Origin: an uncultured Candidatus Saccharibacteria bacterium
GTDB taxonomy: Bacteria > Patescibacteriota > Minisyncoccia > Phycocordibacterales > JBBTRF01
DNA: 63,575 bases
NCBI GenBank assembly: GCA_964602975.1
Contig: CAZRTH010000004.1
Location: forward strand, 1 to 63,575
Direction of reading: 5' to 3'
Position 1 is the stretch's first letter, and the number at the start of each line of letters is the position of its first letter. The notes below the pieces were generated by a model. That model did no database searches, was not told the DNA's origin, and was given only the letters and a program-made list of their open reading frames with translations. Made by a program: the position numbers and the translations under genes. Positions 8,116-17,003 of this stretch are shown one piece after another.

Positions 8116-9984
8116 ATGAACCCGAGAGAGTTTTCCATCAGCGTTGGTGAAAAAACCCTCACAGCATCATTTACCCCTCTCGCTGAACGTGCAGACGGGT
8201 CGGTGATCATTCGATACGGAACGACGGCGCTGCTTGCAACAGCAGTGATGTCGAAGTACAAAAAAGAGTCGGCGGATTTTCTGCCGCTCACGGTTGAATA
8301 CGAGGAAAGATTCTATGCTGTCGGAAAGATCCTCGGCAGTCGATACCAGCGCAGAGAAGGAAAACCTTCCGATGCGGCAATACTGTGCGGACGCGTGGTC
8401 GATAGGACCATCCGTCCGCTTTTTGCTGCCCATATTCGCAATGAGATCCAAGTCACCATCGTCACACTGGCGCTCGACATGGCAGACGAACATCGTCTCC
8501 CGAGCCTTTCGGTGATCGCGGCATCACTTGCGCTTGCGACCTCAGATATTCCCTGGAATGGACCTGTTGGTGCGGCACTCGTAGAGACTGCCCGAGCGCG
8601 ACTGACAGCCTGCGGCAAGGCCGGTACACTTAACATGATCGAATGCCAAGCAAAAGCAGGCGAATTGACCGAAAAAGAGATGGGCGAAGCGCTCGTGTTG
8701 GCACAAAAAGAAGTCGATCGGATCGAGACATTTCAGCAAGAGATCGTTCGTGAGATCGGCGTGGAGAAACGCGTAGCTGAGGCACCCGCCATACCGCCGG
8801 TGTTGCGCTCAACCTTTGACAGTGAATTTGCACCGAAGTTGTTGAAGAGTCTCTTCACTGGCAAGGCTGGTGACGCACAGATAGAAGCGGCGAGAGATGA
8901 GTGGCTTCTTCTAGCCGAAAGCGTGGTGGCAAACAGTACGGGCAAGAATTTTTCAAACGTGCGCTCGCTTACCGCAAGCCTTTTTGAAGAGAGGGTCAAC
9001 GCGATGATCCATGAAGAGGCGATCCAACGGGGAAGGCGCACTGATGGACGAAAACTCACTGATATTCGACCTTTGTTTGCCCAAGCCGGTGGCATTTCAC
9101 CGCGCCTACACGGCTCTGGCATCTTTTATCGCGGACAAACTCACATTTTCACCGCGCTCACTCTCGGTGGACCAAATGAAGGCCAGCTCATCGAGCAGCA
9201 ACATTCAGCGGATGACCCTGGGAAGCGCTTCATGCATCACTACAATTTTCCTCCGTTCTCGACAGGAGAGACAGGAAGGGTGGGTAATGTGAATCGGAGA
9301 ATGGTCGGACACGGAATGCTCGTGGAGCGATCATTCGCGCCTGTCTTGCCACCAGAGATCAGTTTTCCCTATACGATCCGTGTCGTTTCCGAGGCATTTT
9401 CATCAAACGGCTCGACGTCGATGGCTTCAGTGTGTGCCTCTAGCTTGGCCCTCATGGACGGTGGTGTACCGATCATTCGGCCGGTGGCTGGTATTTCCTG
9501 CGGCGCAATGACCCAAGTGGAGCAGGATTCTCACGGCCAAACATTTCTCAAATATGTGCTTCTCACCGATATTCAAGGACCAGAGGATCATTATGGCGAT
9601 ATGGACTTCAAGGTGGCGGGCACTGTCATTGGTATCACCGCAGTACAAATGGATATCAAGACTGAGGGCATGCCGATCACACTTCTCATCGAGGCAATGG
9701 ATCGAGCGAAGACTGCGCGTCTAGAGATCCTAAAATCCATGGAAAAAGCCTTGGCAAAACCGAGAGAACGATTGTCTCCATACGCGCCACGCATCGAAAA
9801 GATGCAAATAGATCAACGCCACATCGGTATCCTCATTGGGCCGGGAGGGAAGACGATCAACGGGATCAAAAAGCAATCCGGTGCCCAGAGTATTGATGTT
9901 TCTGACAGCGGAGAGGTGGTGATCGTCGGGGAAAATGGCTCGACAGAGAAAGCCAAGGGCTTTATTCTCTCCGTCCTGCGTTAG
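8116..9984 (+). CDS. pnp: Polyribonucleotide nucleotidyltransferase (PNPase), apparently lacking the S1 domain
   Basis: 622 aa. It has two RNase-PH-like halves (FMHHYNFPPFSTGE, GPEDHYGDMDFKVAGT) and a KH motif (IGILIGPGGKTINGIKK). The ORF stops about 40 aa after the KH motif. Confidence 0.88.
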   Translation: MNPREFSISVGEKTLTASFTPLAERADGSVIIRYGTTALLATAVMSKYKKESADFLPLTVEYEERFYAVGKILGSRYQRREGKPSDAAILCGRVVDRTIRPLFAAHIRNEIQVTIVTLALDMADEHRLPSLSVIAASLALATSDIPWNGPVGAALVETARARLTACGKAGTLNMIECQAKAGELTEKEMGEALVLAQKEVDRIETFQQEIVREIGVEKRVAEAPAIPPVLRSTFDSEFAPKLLKSLFTGKAGDAQIEAARDEWLLLAESVVANSTGKNFSNVRSLTASLFEERVNAMIHEEAIQRGRRTDGRKLTDIRPLFAQAGGISPRLHGSGIFYRGQTHIFTALTLGGPNEGQLIEQQHSADDPGKRFMHHYNFPPFSTGETGRVGNVNRRMVGHGMLVERSFAPVLPPEISFPYTIRVVSEAFSSNGSTSMASVCASSLALMDGGVPIIRPVAGISCGAMTQVEQDSHGQTFLKYVLLTDIQGPEDHYGDMDFKVAGTVIGITAVQMDIKTEGMPITLLIEAMDRAKTARLEILKSMEKALAKPRERLSPYAPRIEKMQIDQRHIGILIGPGGKTINGIKKQSGAQSIDVSDSGEVVIVGENGSTEKAKGFILSVLR

Positions 9985-10009
9985 GAATTTTTTGCTATAA
10001 TAGCTCAAT

Positions 10010-11329
10010 ATGCAAGCGCAGCACCCTGGCATCATTGATCTGGAAGAGGTGAAGCGGGCGGGCGAAGAAAAGCGCGCGGCGGCTCTTGCTGCAAGCAATG
10101 CCGCCGCGCCTAAGCCAAGCTCACCGCGGCCGACAGGCAACGCGTTCACCCCTATCCGCACCTATCAGCAAGACCTGGCGAAAGCTCAGGGAAAACCATT
10201 CGAGGCAGTGTCGAGAATGAAAAATCCGCTCGAGCAGCACATTCTTTCGGAGCCAAAGGAGATCACCGGACTCGAAGAATTTGCCCCGATCCGACCGACC
10301 GTCAACCCCTACATCGGCAGCAACCGAGAAGTGATCGAACAGGCAGTGTATCACCGGATCGATTCCACCGTGGAAGCTCCGGCTATAAACATTTCTCCGG
10401 CAGTGGAAATGCCTGAACCACGCAAAAAACCTGCCCCTTCTCCATTGGTGAGATCGATCCATACATACAAAGAAGACATCGCCTCTAGCGTGAAGGGTGG
10501 GGCATCGATAACATCGATCGCTGCTGCGGAAAATGCCCGCAGGGTGGAGCGGCTAGGGGAGGATGCTGCGGCTTCCGAGACCTCCCGCAACGTCGTCATC
10601 ATTGCCATAAGCGTTTCTCTCATTCTCATCGGCGGTGTCGGCGGTTGGTATGCGTATTCGGTATACCGTGAGAGAAACAAAGTAGTGGTGGAGCAGGTAC
10701 AGCACGATCCTGTCCAGGCAGAGAAGATCACGGATATCACTGCAAAGAGCGGCGCGGAGAATTTCTCCGTCCAGCTGTACAATGCCGTGCGTAATTCCTC
10801 CGCGCCGCTCAACTCAGTAGAACGGCTCATCCCTATTTCATCGGAAACGATCACCGCCGCGGATGGCAGCGAAAAAACCGTCGCCCTCACTACCAGTCAA
10901 TTTTTTGAGACGATAAAAGCAAATTTGCCAGATACCCTCCTTCGTTCTTTTGATTCAACTTTCTATCTTGGACTCAATGCCATACACGGAAATCAACCGT
11001 TTCTCATCCTAAAAACTAATTCTTTCGACTCTGTTCTCGCGGGCATGTTCCGATGGGAACCAATGATGATACGCGACCTACAGGGGATCTTCCTGAGGCC
11101 GTCAGACAGAGTGGCGCCGCCTTTGTACACAATCGGGACTAGCACGGCATCATACCGCTTTGAGGATGCTATCTTGCAGAACAAGGAGATTCGAGCGGTG
11201 CGAGACCTAAAAGGGAACGTCGTGTTGCTGTATGCTTTTTTGGACACCAAAACGCTGATTATCACGAGCGATGAAGAAACGCTCAAAGACGTTTCGGCAC
11301 GCTTGATTAAGGCACAGTTCGTGAGATAA
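10010..11329 (+). CDS. Hypothetical single-pass membrane protein
   Basis: 439 aa with one hydrophobic span (VVIIAISVSLILIGGVGGWYAY). The N-terminal region has two copies of an I(R/H)TYxxD(L/I)A motif. Confidence 0.6.
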   Translation: MQAQHPGIIDLEEVKRAGEEKRAAALAASNAAAPKPSSPRPTGNAFTPIRTYQQDLAKAQGKPFEAVSRMKNPLEQHILSEPKEITGLEEFAPIRPTVNPYIGSNREVIEQAVYHRIDSTVEAPAINISPAVEMPEPRKKPAPSPLVRSIHTYKEDIASSVKGGASITSIAAAENARRVERLGEDAAASETSRNVVIIAISVSLILIGGVGGWYAYSVYRERNKVVVEQVQHDPVQAEKITDITAKSGAENFSVQLYNAVRNSSAPLNSVERLIPISSETITAADGSEKTVALTTSQFFETIKANLPDTLLRSFDSTFYLGLNAIHGNQPFLILKTNSFDSVLAGMFRWEPMMIRDLQGIFLRPSDRVAPPLYTIGTSTASYRFEDAILQNKEIRAVRDLKGNVVLLYAFLDTKTLIITSDEETLKDVSARLIKAQFVR

Positions 11330-11336
11330 TGGCGAC

Positions 11337-11687
11337 ATGAAAGCTGACCCAAAAACACTGATAGAAGCAGAGATAAAGGTAGTGGAGTCCGAACTGAATA
11401 GCGTGGCTCAGAAAAACCCAGGACAGCCCGGGAAATGGGAAGCGAAGAGGGAGGATCTCGACACGGACAAGGCCGATGAACTTGAGACTGCTGAGGATCT
11501 GGAAGAAATGGAAGGACATGAGTCGATTGCGGCGAAGTTGCAACAAAGACTTGGCGACTTGAAACACGCTCTCGAGCGGGTAGCGAGTGGCAGCTATGGC
11601 ATTTGCGAAGTGTGCAAAAAACCGATCGAGGCCGGCCGTCTGAATGCCAACCCCGCGGCATCCACCTGCGTAGCACACATGAAGTAG
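11337..11687 (+). CDS. DksA/TraR-family C4-type zinc-finger protein
   Basis: 116 aa. A coiled-coil N-terminal half is followed by GICEVCKKPIEAGRLNANPAASTCVAH. Confidence 0.75.
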   Translation: MKADPKTLIEAEIKVVESELNSVAQKNPGQPGKWEAKREDLDTDKADELETAEDLEEMEGHESIAAKLQQRLGDLKHALERVASGSYGICEVCKKPIEAGRLNANPAASTCVAHMK

Positions 11688-11727
11688 TCCGCGAGACAGA
11701 TTTTGGTCTTTATTCTTTCTTTACTTT

Positions 11728-11790
11728 TTCTTGATACTTTCTTGATCAAACCTTAGGCATTTCTTGATACTTTCTTTGCGATTTCTTGAT
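11728..11790 (+). promoter_or_regulatory. Array of TTCTTGAT direct repeats phased at multiples of 11 bp
   Basis: Exact TTCTTGAT copies start at 11728, 11739, 11761 and 11783. Degenerate copies sit at the intervening 11-bp steps. The array lies immediately upstream of the comM-like gene. Confidence 0.45.
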
Positions 11791-11813
11791 CAGCACTGTG
11801 CGATACTTTTGGC

Positions 11814-13331
11814 ATGAAGATCGCAAAAGTGCTCAGCGCGCAAAATGACTGTCTTTCGGGAAACATCATCCAGGTAGAGGTGGACATATCCCGCGGTTTG
11901 CATGCTTTTTCCATTGTCGGAATGGCCGACAAAGCAGTCGCCGAGGCGAAAGATCGGATCGCCTCGGCGATCAAACATTCCGGCTACAAGTCTCCCAAAA
12001 GCCGCAACGAAAAGGTGGTGATCTCACTTGCACCTGCCAAACTTCCGAAAGAAGGTGCAGGGTTCGATCTTGCAATGGCGATCGGATACCTCATTGCCGC
12101 ACAAGAACTTGCACCGATGTCATCTTTCGATATGACGACTGCGCTTTTTGTCGGTGAACTCGCACTAGATGGGAATATCAGAAAAGTTCCAGGCATTATT
12201 TCTATTGCGAAAAGCGCAAAAGATGGCAGTATCAGGCATTTGTTCGTGCCAAAAGAACAGGGGAGCGAAGCTTCGCTCATTTCGGGTCTCACCGTATATG
12301 GCGTGCAGACACTTCGAGAAGTTATCTTGCACTTAGATGGCAGGCAACTGCTGAAACCGGAGAATTCATACTTTGGCATGAGAAATACGGCCGATCGAAG
12401 CGCGGATATCCCTCTGGAACAAATTGACGGTCAAGAGCAAGCGAAAAGAGCTCTGCGAGTCGCTATTGCCGGCCGCCATCCGATCGGCCTCATTGGCCCG
12501 CCAGGCACAGGGAAAACAATGCTCGCTCGAAGCGCGCTCTCAATGCTTCCGGATCTCACGGAGGAAGAGATGATAGAAACGTTAGCGATCCATTCGGTCG
12601 GCGGAACAGAAGCTACTTTATTGGGGCGAGGGCCATTTCGGTCTCCTCACCACAGCGCCTCGTATGCTTCTATCATCGGGGGCGGAGCAAAACAGCCGAT
12701 CGGAGAAATGACCTTGGCCCACAACGGCATCCTCTTTCTCGACGAGTTTCCTGAATTCGATCGGCGAGTGATCGAGGCATTGCGGCAGCCGATGGAGGAG
12801 AAGGTCATTCGAATCGCCAGAGCGGAGCAACATCGAGAACTGCCTGCCGACTGCATCATTATTCTTGCCATGAACCCGTGTCCTTGCGGGTATCGCGGTA
12901 CGGATGTGAAACCGTGCACTTGCAGCCAATCCATGTTGCGAAGGTATGCTGAAAAAATATCAGGTCCGATCATCGATCGAGTCGATCTATGGGTGCAGGT
13001 CGAGAGATCCTCGTATGTGCCGCCATCAAGAAAAAAGGCTTCGGCTGCTCCAGGAAAGGAAGCGGATCCGGCTGCCACGGAAAGACGGTCAATTTGGAAG
13101 ATCCGGAAGATACAAAAATCTCGAAAAGAATCCGGTCAGTCCGATTCACGGATTAAAAACGAAGCATTGAGCATGCTTATCAAAGAAGCCGCGCGGCTCG
13201 CCTTCTCCACTCGGAGCTTTCATCGAACACTTGGCGTGGCCCGGACCATCGCCGATCTCGATGGATCAGAATGGGTGGAAAAAGAGCACGTTTTTGAAGC
13301 TCTACAATATCGGCAGCCGCCGTTTCAGTGA
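11814..13331 (+). CDS. comM: YifB/ComM-family Mg-chelatase-like AAA+ ATPase
   Basis: 505 aa. N-terminal Lon-protease-like fold pattern (VEVDISRGLHAFSIVGMADKAVAEAKDRI), Walker A GPPGTGKTMLA and Walker B LFLDEFPEF. Confidence 0.88.
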   Translation: MKIAKVLSAQNDCLSGNIIQVEVDISRGLHAFSIVGMADKAVAEAKDRIASAIKHSGYKSPKSRNEKVVISLAPAKLPKEGAGFDLAMAIGYLIAAQELAPMSSFDMTTALFVGELALDGNIRKVPGIISIAKSAKDGSIRHLFVPKEQGSEASLISGLTVYGVQTLREVILHLDGRQLLKPENSYFGMRNTADRSADIPLEQIDGQEQAKRALRVAIAGRHPIGLIGPPGTGKTMLARSALSMLPDLTEEEMIETLAIHSVGGTEATLLGRGPFRSPHHSASYASIIGGGAKQPIGEMTLAHNGILFLDEFPEFDRRVIEALRQPMEEKVIRIARAEQHRELPADCIIILAMNPCPCGYRGTDVKPCTCSQSMLRRYAEKISGPIIDRVDLWVQVERSSYVPPSRKKASAAPGKEADPAATERRSIWKIRKIQKSRKESGQSDSRIKNEALSMLIKEAARLAFSTRSFHRTLGVARTIADLDGSEWVEKEHVFEALQYRQPPFQ

Positions 13332-14659
13332 TTTGAGTGCAACTTTGTCATCTCTTCTCGAACAACCGATCGATCATCCCACGGGGTCGAGCCTGATCTT
13401 GTCACCATAGATTGTTCCGCTCCTTTGCCGGTAATGAGGACTACGTCTCCGGTGTTTGCCAGTGCAAGTGCCTTCGCGATACCGGAACGACGATCGCCGA
13501 TCACAAACAGATCTTTTCCGCGTTGTTTTCCACCCGCCTCCACCACTTTGGCGATGTCTTCGCAAATCTCGGTTGGGTCATCATCATACGGATCAACATC
13601 ACTCACGATCACGACATCGGCTTTTTGAGCCGCTATTTCTCCCATAGTCTTGCGCTTCGCTTTGTCGCGCCCGCCGCCTTCAGCACCGAGCAACAGGATC
13701 AACTTCCCCGACTCTCCAAGCATCTTTCGCGAAGCATCTGTTGCAGCAGCCATACTCTGTCCTTCGTGGGCGTAATCGACGATCACTGTACACGATCCAT
13801 CTGCTCCTGCCGGAAAAGGGACAACCTCCATGCGGCCAGGGATGAGAGTGAGTGCTTTCAGGCCGGCGCGCACTTGTTCGTCTGGAACATTCCACAACTT
13901 CATCAGTGCGAGTGCAGGAAGCGCGTTGTATACATTGAAGGCGCCGAGCACAGAGAGTCGATACGAAGCGCCTTTTACGGAAAAAGTCACTCCGCTGGAA
14001 CTCTCCTGTATGTTCTCCGCTTTCGTATCGGACGGCGAGTTCACGGAGAAAGTGTGAGCATCTCCGGACACAAGGCTCAAATAATACGGGGCGTGTTCGC
14101 TGTCGATATTTGCTAACACAATTTTCTGCACCACATTGCCATCAATCGTTTTTTGCGACGAACGTCCAAGAGAACTGAAGAGCGCACCTTTCGCTTTTTT
14201 GTACGCATCAAAACTGCCGCCGTGCGAAGGGAGGTGTTCAGGAGTGAGGTTGGTGAAAATAGCGACATCATATTCGATACCGGAATGGCGCCACTGCTTC
14301 AACCCCTCCGAGGTGGTCTCAACAACGCAGACTTTGCAGCCTTTTCTTGCCATCTCTCGCATTGTCCGCTGGATCGCGAAGCGGCCAGGCATCGTCATGT
14401 GGTACTGATTCATGGTTTCCTCCTCGCCGATACGAATATTGGCAGTGCTGATGATGCCCGCCTTCATTCTGGCTGCCATGCAGCAAGACCAGATGAAATT
14501 GGCGGTAGAAGTCTTGCCCTTGGTTCCGGTGATCCCAACGACGACCATCTTTCGAGAAGGCCGGCCGTAAAGAAGTGCACCGAGCATGGAAAAGCACCAG
14601 TAGTATATAGAGAATATTTGACCCGGAAGCGCGTGTTTAAGGAATGATTTCATGCTCAA
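13325..14659 (-). CDS. murE: Mur ligase, MurE-like (UDP-MurNAc-L-Ala-D-Glu:diamino-acid ligase)
   Basis: GITGTKGKTST P-loop, TSEGL, LTPEHL and GGGRDKAKR motifs. At 444 aa it is short at the N-terminus compared with classical MurE. The usual DNPR specificity motif is not seen (DVDPYDDDP is in that area). Confidence 0.75.
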   Translation of the reverse strand: MSMKSFLKHALPGQIFSIYYWCFSMLGALLYGRPSRKMVVVGITGTKGKTSTANFIWSCCMAARMKAGIISTANIRIGEEETMNQYHMTMPGRFAIQRTMREMARKGCKVCVVETTSEGLKQWRHSGIEYDVAIFTNLTPEHLPSHGGSFDAYKKAKGALFSSLGRSSQKTIDGNVVQKIVLANIDSEHAPYYLSLVSGDAHTFSVNSPSDTKAENIQESSSGVTFSVKGASYRLSVLGAFNVYNALPALALMKLWNVPDEQVRAGLKALTLIPGRMEVVPFPAGADGSCTVIVDYAHEGQSMAAATDASRKMLGESGKLILLLGAEGGGRDKAKRKTMGEIAAQKADVVIVSDVDPYDDDPTEICEDIAKVVEAGGKQRGKDLFVIGDRRSGIAKALALANTGDVVLITGKGAEQSMVTRSGSTPWDDRSVVREEMTKLHSNH

Positions 14660-14660
14660 A

Positions 14661-15728
14661 TTATATATGAATATAGCGCTTTACCCACTTTCTCAAAGCA
14701 AAAAGCAAGTACCAAAAGGGTTGGAAGGTTAGATCGGTAAGCGATGAATATTCTTTCAGATATCCGCCAAAACGCTGCTTGAATGTGGTAATACCAGCCC
14801 ATGTCTTCACTGGATATCGCTCGGAAGAAACGCCACCGAAATTGTATTTCGCGTAGCCGCGGCGCTTTGCCTCTGTTATGGCTGTCCATTGCACAAGAGC
14901 TGGAGCAGACACGTTTCGATGTTGATCTGAAGAGGCACCAAAAGCATAGGTTGCTGTTTTTCCGTAGCCGATCACTACCGCCATTGATACGATAGACCCT
15001 GAATATTGGCCGATCACTAGGAAACAATCTTTCGAACGTTCGAGTTCAGATAACAGCGCCTCGTAATACCTATCTGAATGAGGGACAAACCGATCGCGCT
15101 TTGATGTCTGGCTCATTAGCCGAAGAAAGTCCTTGAGATATTCCGCGTATCCACTCGACACGACGCGAATCTCGACGCCCTTTCTTTGAGCGTATTGGAT
15201 GGAGTAGCGGGATTTTTGATGCATGTCCGCAAGAAGCTCTCCCTCAGCTTTGGAGAGTGTTAGCAGCCAGTCGGCTCGAGGTTGAATTGAACCGTCGAGA
15301 ACAAAACGGCGACAAGGAGATGGGCGAACATCACGATGGCCGACAGAAAGCACTGGGCATGGATCACAGCGAAAAAATACGCTCGGAGAAAAAAGCTCGC
15401 GCGATATCATGATAGCGTTAAACACTCGCTGACGATCAGCATTAGGCGCAAATACAGGGCCATATGGAGCATACCAGTACCCTTTGTTGCCCAAAAAACG
15501 GACTGAGTAGAAAAAACACTGGGCATACGCGACGACCTGCGTCCCGTCTTTTACGACAAAATGCCGCGCGCTTTTTCCAGCGGCAATTTGCCATCGATAA
15601 TACAGATGCGATTGAGTGAACATCGCGTCTGAACACAAAGAAAGCACATCAAAAGCTGCTTCATCTGATAAAAATTCGATCTGGTATCCAACCCGATATT
15701 CGTTCCGCTCTCGCGTTGGGACGTTCAT
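14661..15728 (-). CDS. FemAB-family peptidoglycan interpeptide-bridge peptidyltransferase
   Basis: 355 aa. The YAFGASSDQHRNVSAPALVQWTAITEAKRRGYAKYNFGG pattern is typical of FemX/FemAB. Only 1 nt separates it from murE. Confidence 0.7.
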   Translation of the reverse strand: MNVPTRERNEYRVGYQIEFLSDEAAFDVLSLCSDAMFTQSHLYYRWQIAAGKSARHFVVKDGTQVVAYAQCFFYSVRFLGNKGYWYAPYGPVFAPNADRQRVFNAIMISRELFSPSVFFRCDPCPVLSVGHRDVRPSPCRRFVLDGSIQPRADWLLTLSKAEGELLADMHQKSRYSIQYAQRKGVEIRVVSSGYAEYLKDFLRLMSQTSKRDRFVPHSDRYYEALLSELERSKDCFLVIGQYSGSIVSMAVVIGYGKTATYAFGASSDQHRNVSAPALVQWTAITEAKRRGYAKYNFGGVSSERYPVKTWAGITTFKQRFGGYLKEYSSLTDLTFQPFWYLLFALRKWVKRYIHI

Positions 15729-15776
15729 GTCTGTATCTTAACACCCTAAGCCATAGCGGCTAAAGGCGACGAGCGA

Positions 15777-16859
15777 TTAAAATGGATTTCGAGCTCCTCG
15801 AATCTCGAAGTGCAAATGCGGACCGGTAGAATTGCCCGTTGAGCCGACGTAGCCGATAATATCGCCCTGTGATACGCGCTCTCCCACGGAAACAACTGCC
15901 TGTTTCATATGCGCGTACAATGTCTGAGTGCCGTTTGAGTGGCTGATCACGACATAGTTGCCATACCCTCCGTTCCAACCGCTATTTCGAGAGATGATAA
16001 TATCACCATCAGCAGAAGCATGAATCGGTGTGCCAACAGGAGAGCCGATGTCGATGCCGTTGTAGCCGTGAAGCCCCTGAGTCTTGATGCCGTTTGTCGG
16101 CCTGATGTAGTAGCCGGGGTATTCAGGACCTTTGGTGTCGTGAGCAATTTGTGAGGTTTTATGCGAAGTCTTCGGAGCGGCTGAAGGTACTACGACGGTC
16201 TCTCCTTCAGGTATTGTAATGACTGCGCCCTCGGCGATAACGCTGTCTTCATTCAAATCATTGAAAAGGGCGAGTTCGGCGACGTCAGTTTTGTACTTTT
16301 TGGCAATACTTTTGAGCGTGTCGCCCTTGCTGGCAATATGCGCGATGCCCGAGATCGGAAGGATGGTCAGCGTTTGACCAAGTTGGATGGACTTTCCGCT
16401 GAGATTATTCGCCCATACGATAGTGTTCACAGACACTCCGTACATTTTGGCGATCTGCGTCAACGTGTCTCCCTCATGGACAGTATAGAGGCTGATACGC
16501 TGATAGAGAGGAAAGTCATCAATGTTGCCCATGGTACCAAGAGGACCGCTTTCCGGCATAAGAGCATTGCCAGCGACAATAGTGATATCACCGCCACCTC
16601 GAGCAAAGTCAGGGTCTGGGCTGATATCGGCAGTCAACAGGGCCATATTTTGGGAATTTCGAGTCGGAATCACCGCTTCGTACTCCGGCTTCTCGGCAGC
16701 AAAAAGATTAGTAAACAGGGAATGAACCGCCGCCTGAACGGCGTGAGGAAATGCAAGGGCAGAAACAAGAAAGACCGCCGCGGAGACGGCGATGCTTATT
16801 TTCGCTATATAATGGCTATACTGAGCCATTTTTGTAGATTTCTTAAAAATACGCTTCAA
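15777..16859 (-). CDS. LysM-repeat M23 metallopeptidase
   Basis: N-terminal anchor and two LysM-like repeats (YTVHEGDTLTQIAKMYGVSVNTI; HIASKGDTLKSIAKKYKTDVAEL). The C-terminal M23 core has GIDIG, YAHM and GSTGNSTGPHLHFEIR. Confidence 0.88.
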   Translation of the reverse strand: MKRIFKKSTKMAQYSHYIAKISIAVSAAVFLVSALAFPHAVQAAVHSLFTNLFAAEKPEYEAVIPTRNSQNMALLTADISPDPDFARGGGDITIVAGNALMPESGPLGTMGNIDDFPLYQRISLYTVHEGDTLTQIAKMYGVSVNTIVWANNLSGKSIQLGQTLTILPISGIAHIASKGDTLKSIAKKYKTDVAELALFNDLNEDSVIAEGAVITIPEGETVVVPSAAPKTSHKTSQIAHDTKGPEYPGYYIRPTNGIKTQGLHGYNGIDIGSPVGTPIHASADGDIIISRNSGWNGGYGNYVVISHSNGTQTLYAHMKQAVVSVGERVSQGDIIGYVGSTGNSTGPHLHFEIRGARNPF

Positions 16860-17003
16860 ATTAGGGCTAGATCGTCGTTAGGTATCATTAAATGGCTCTA
16901 TTGAGCCATTTTCATTGCAGGATGCCTTGACCTTAGGGGTCCCTTACAGTCTAGCGAATACCCCCCGGAAGTCAATAGGTTATCCCCATGGTATAGTATC
17001 TCG

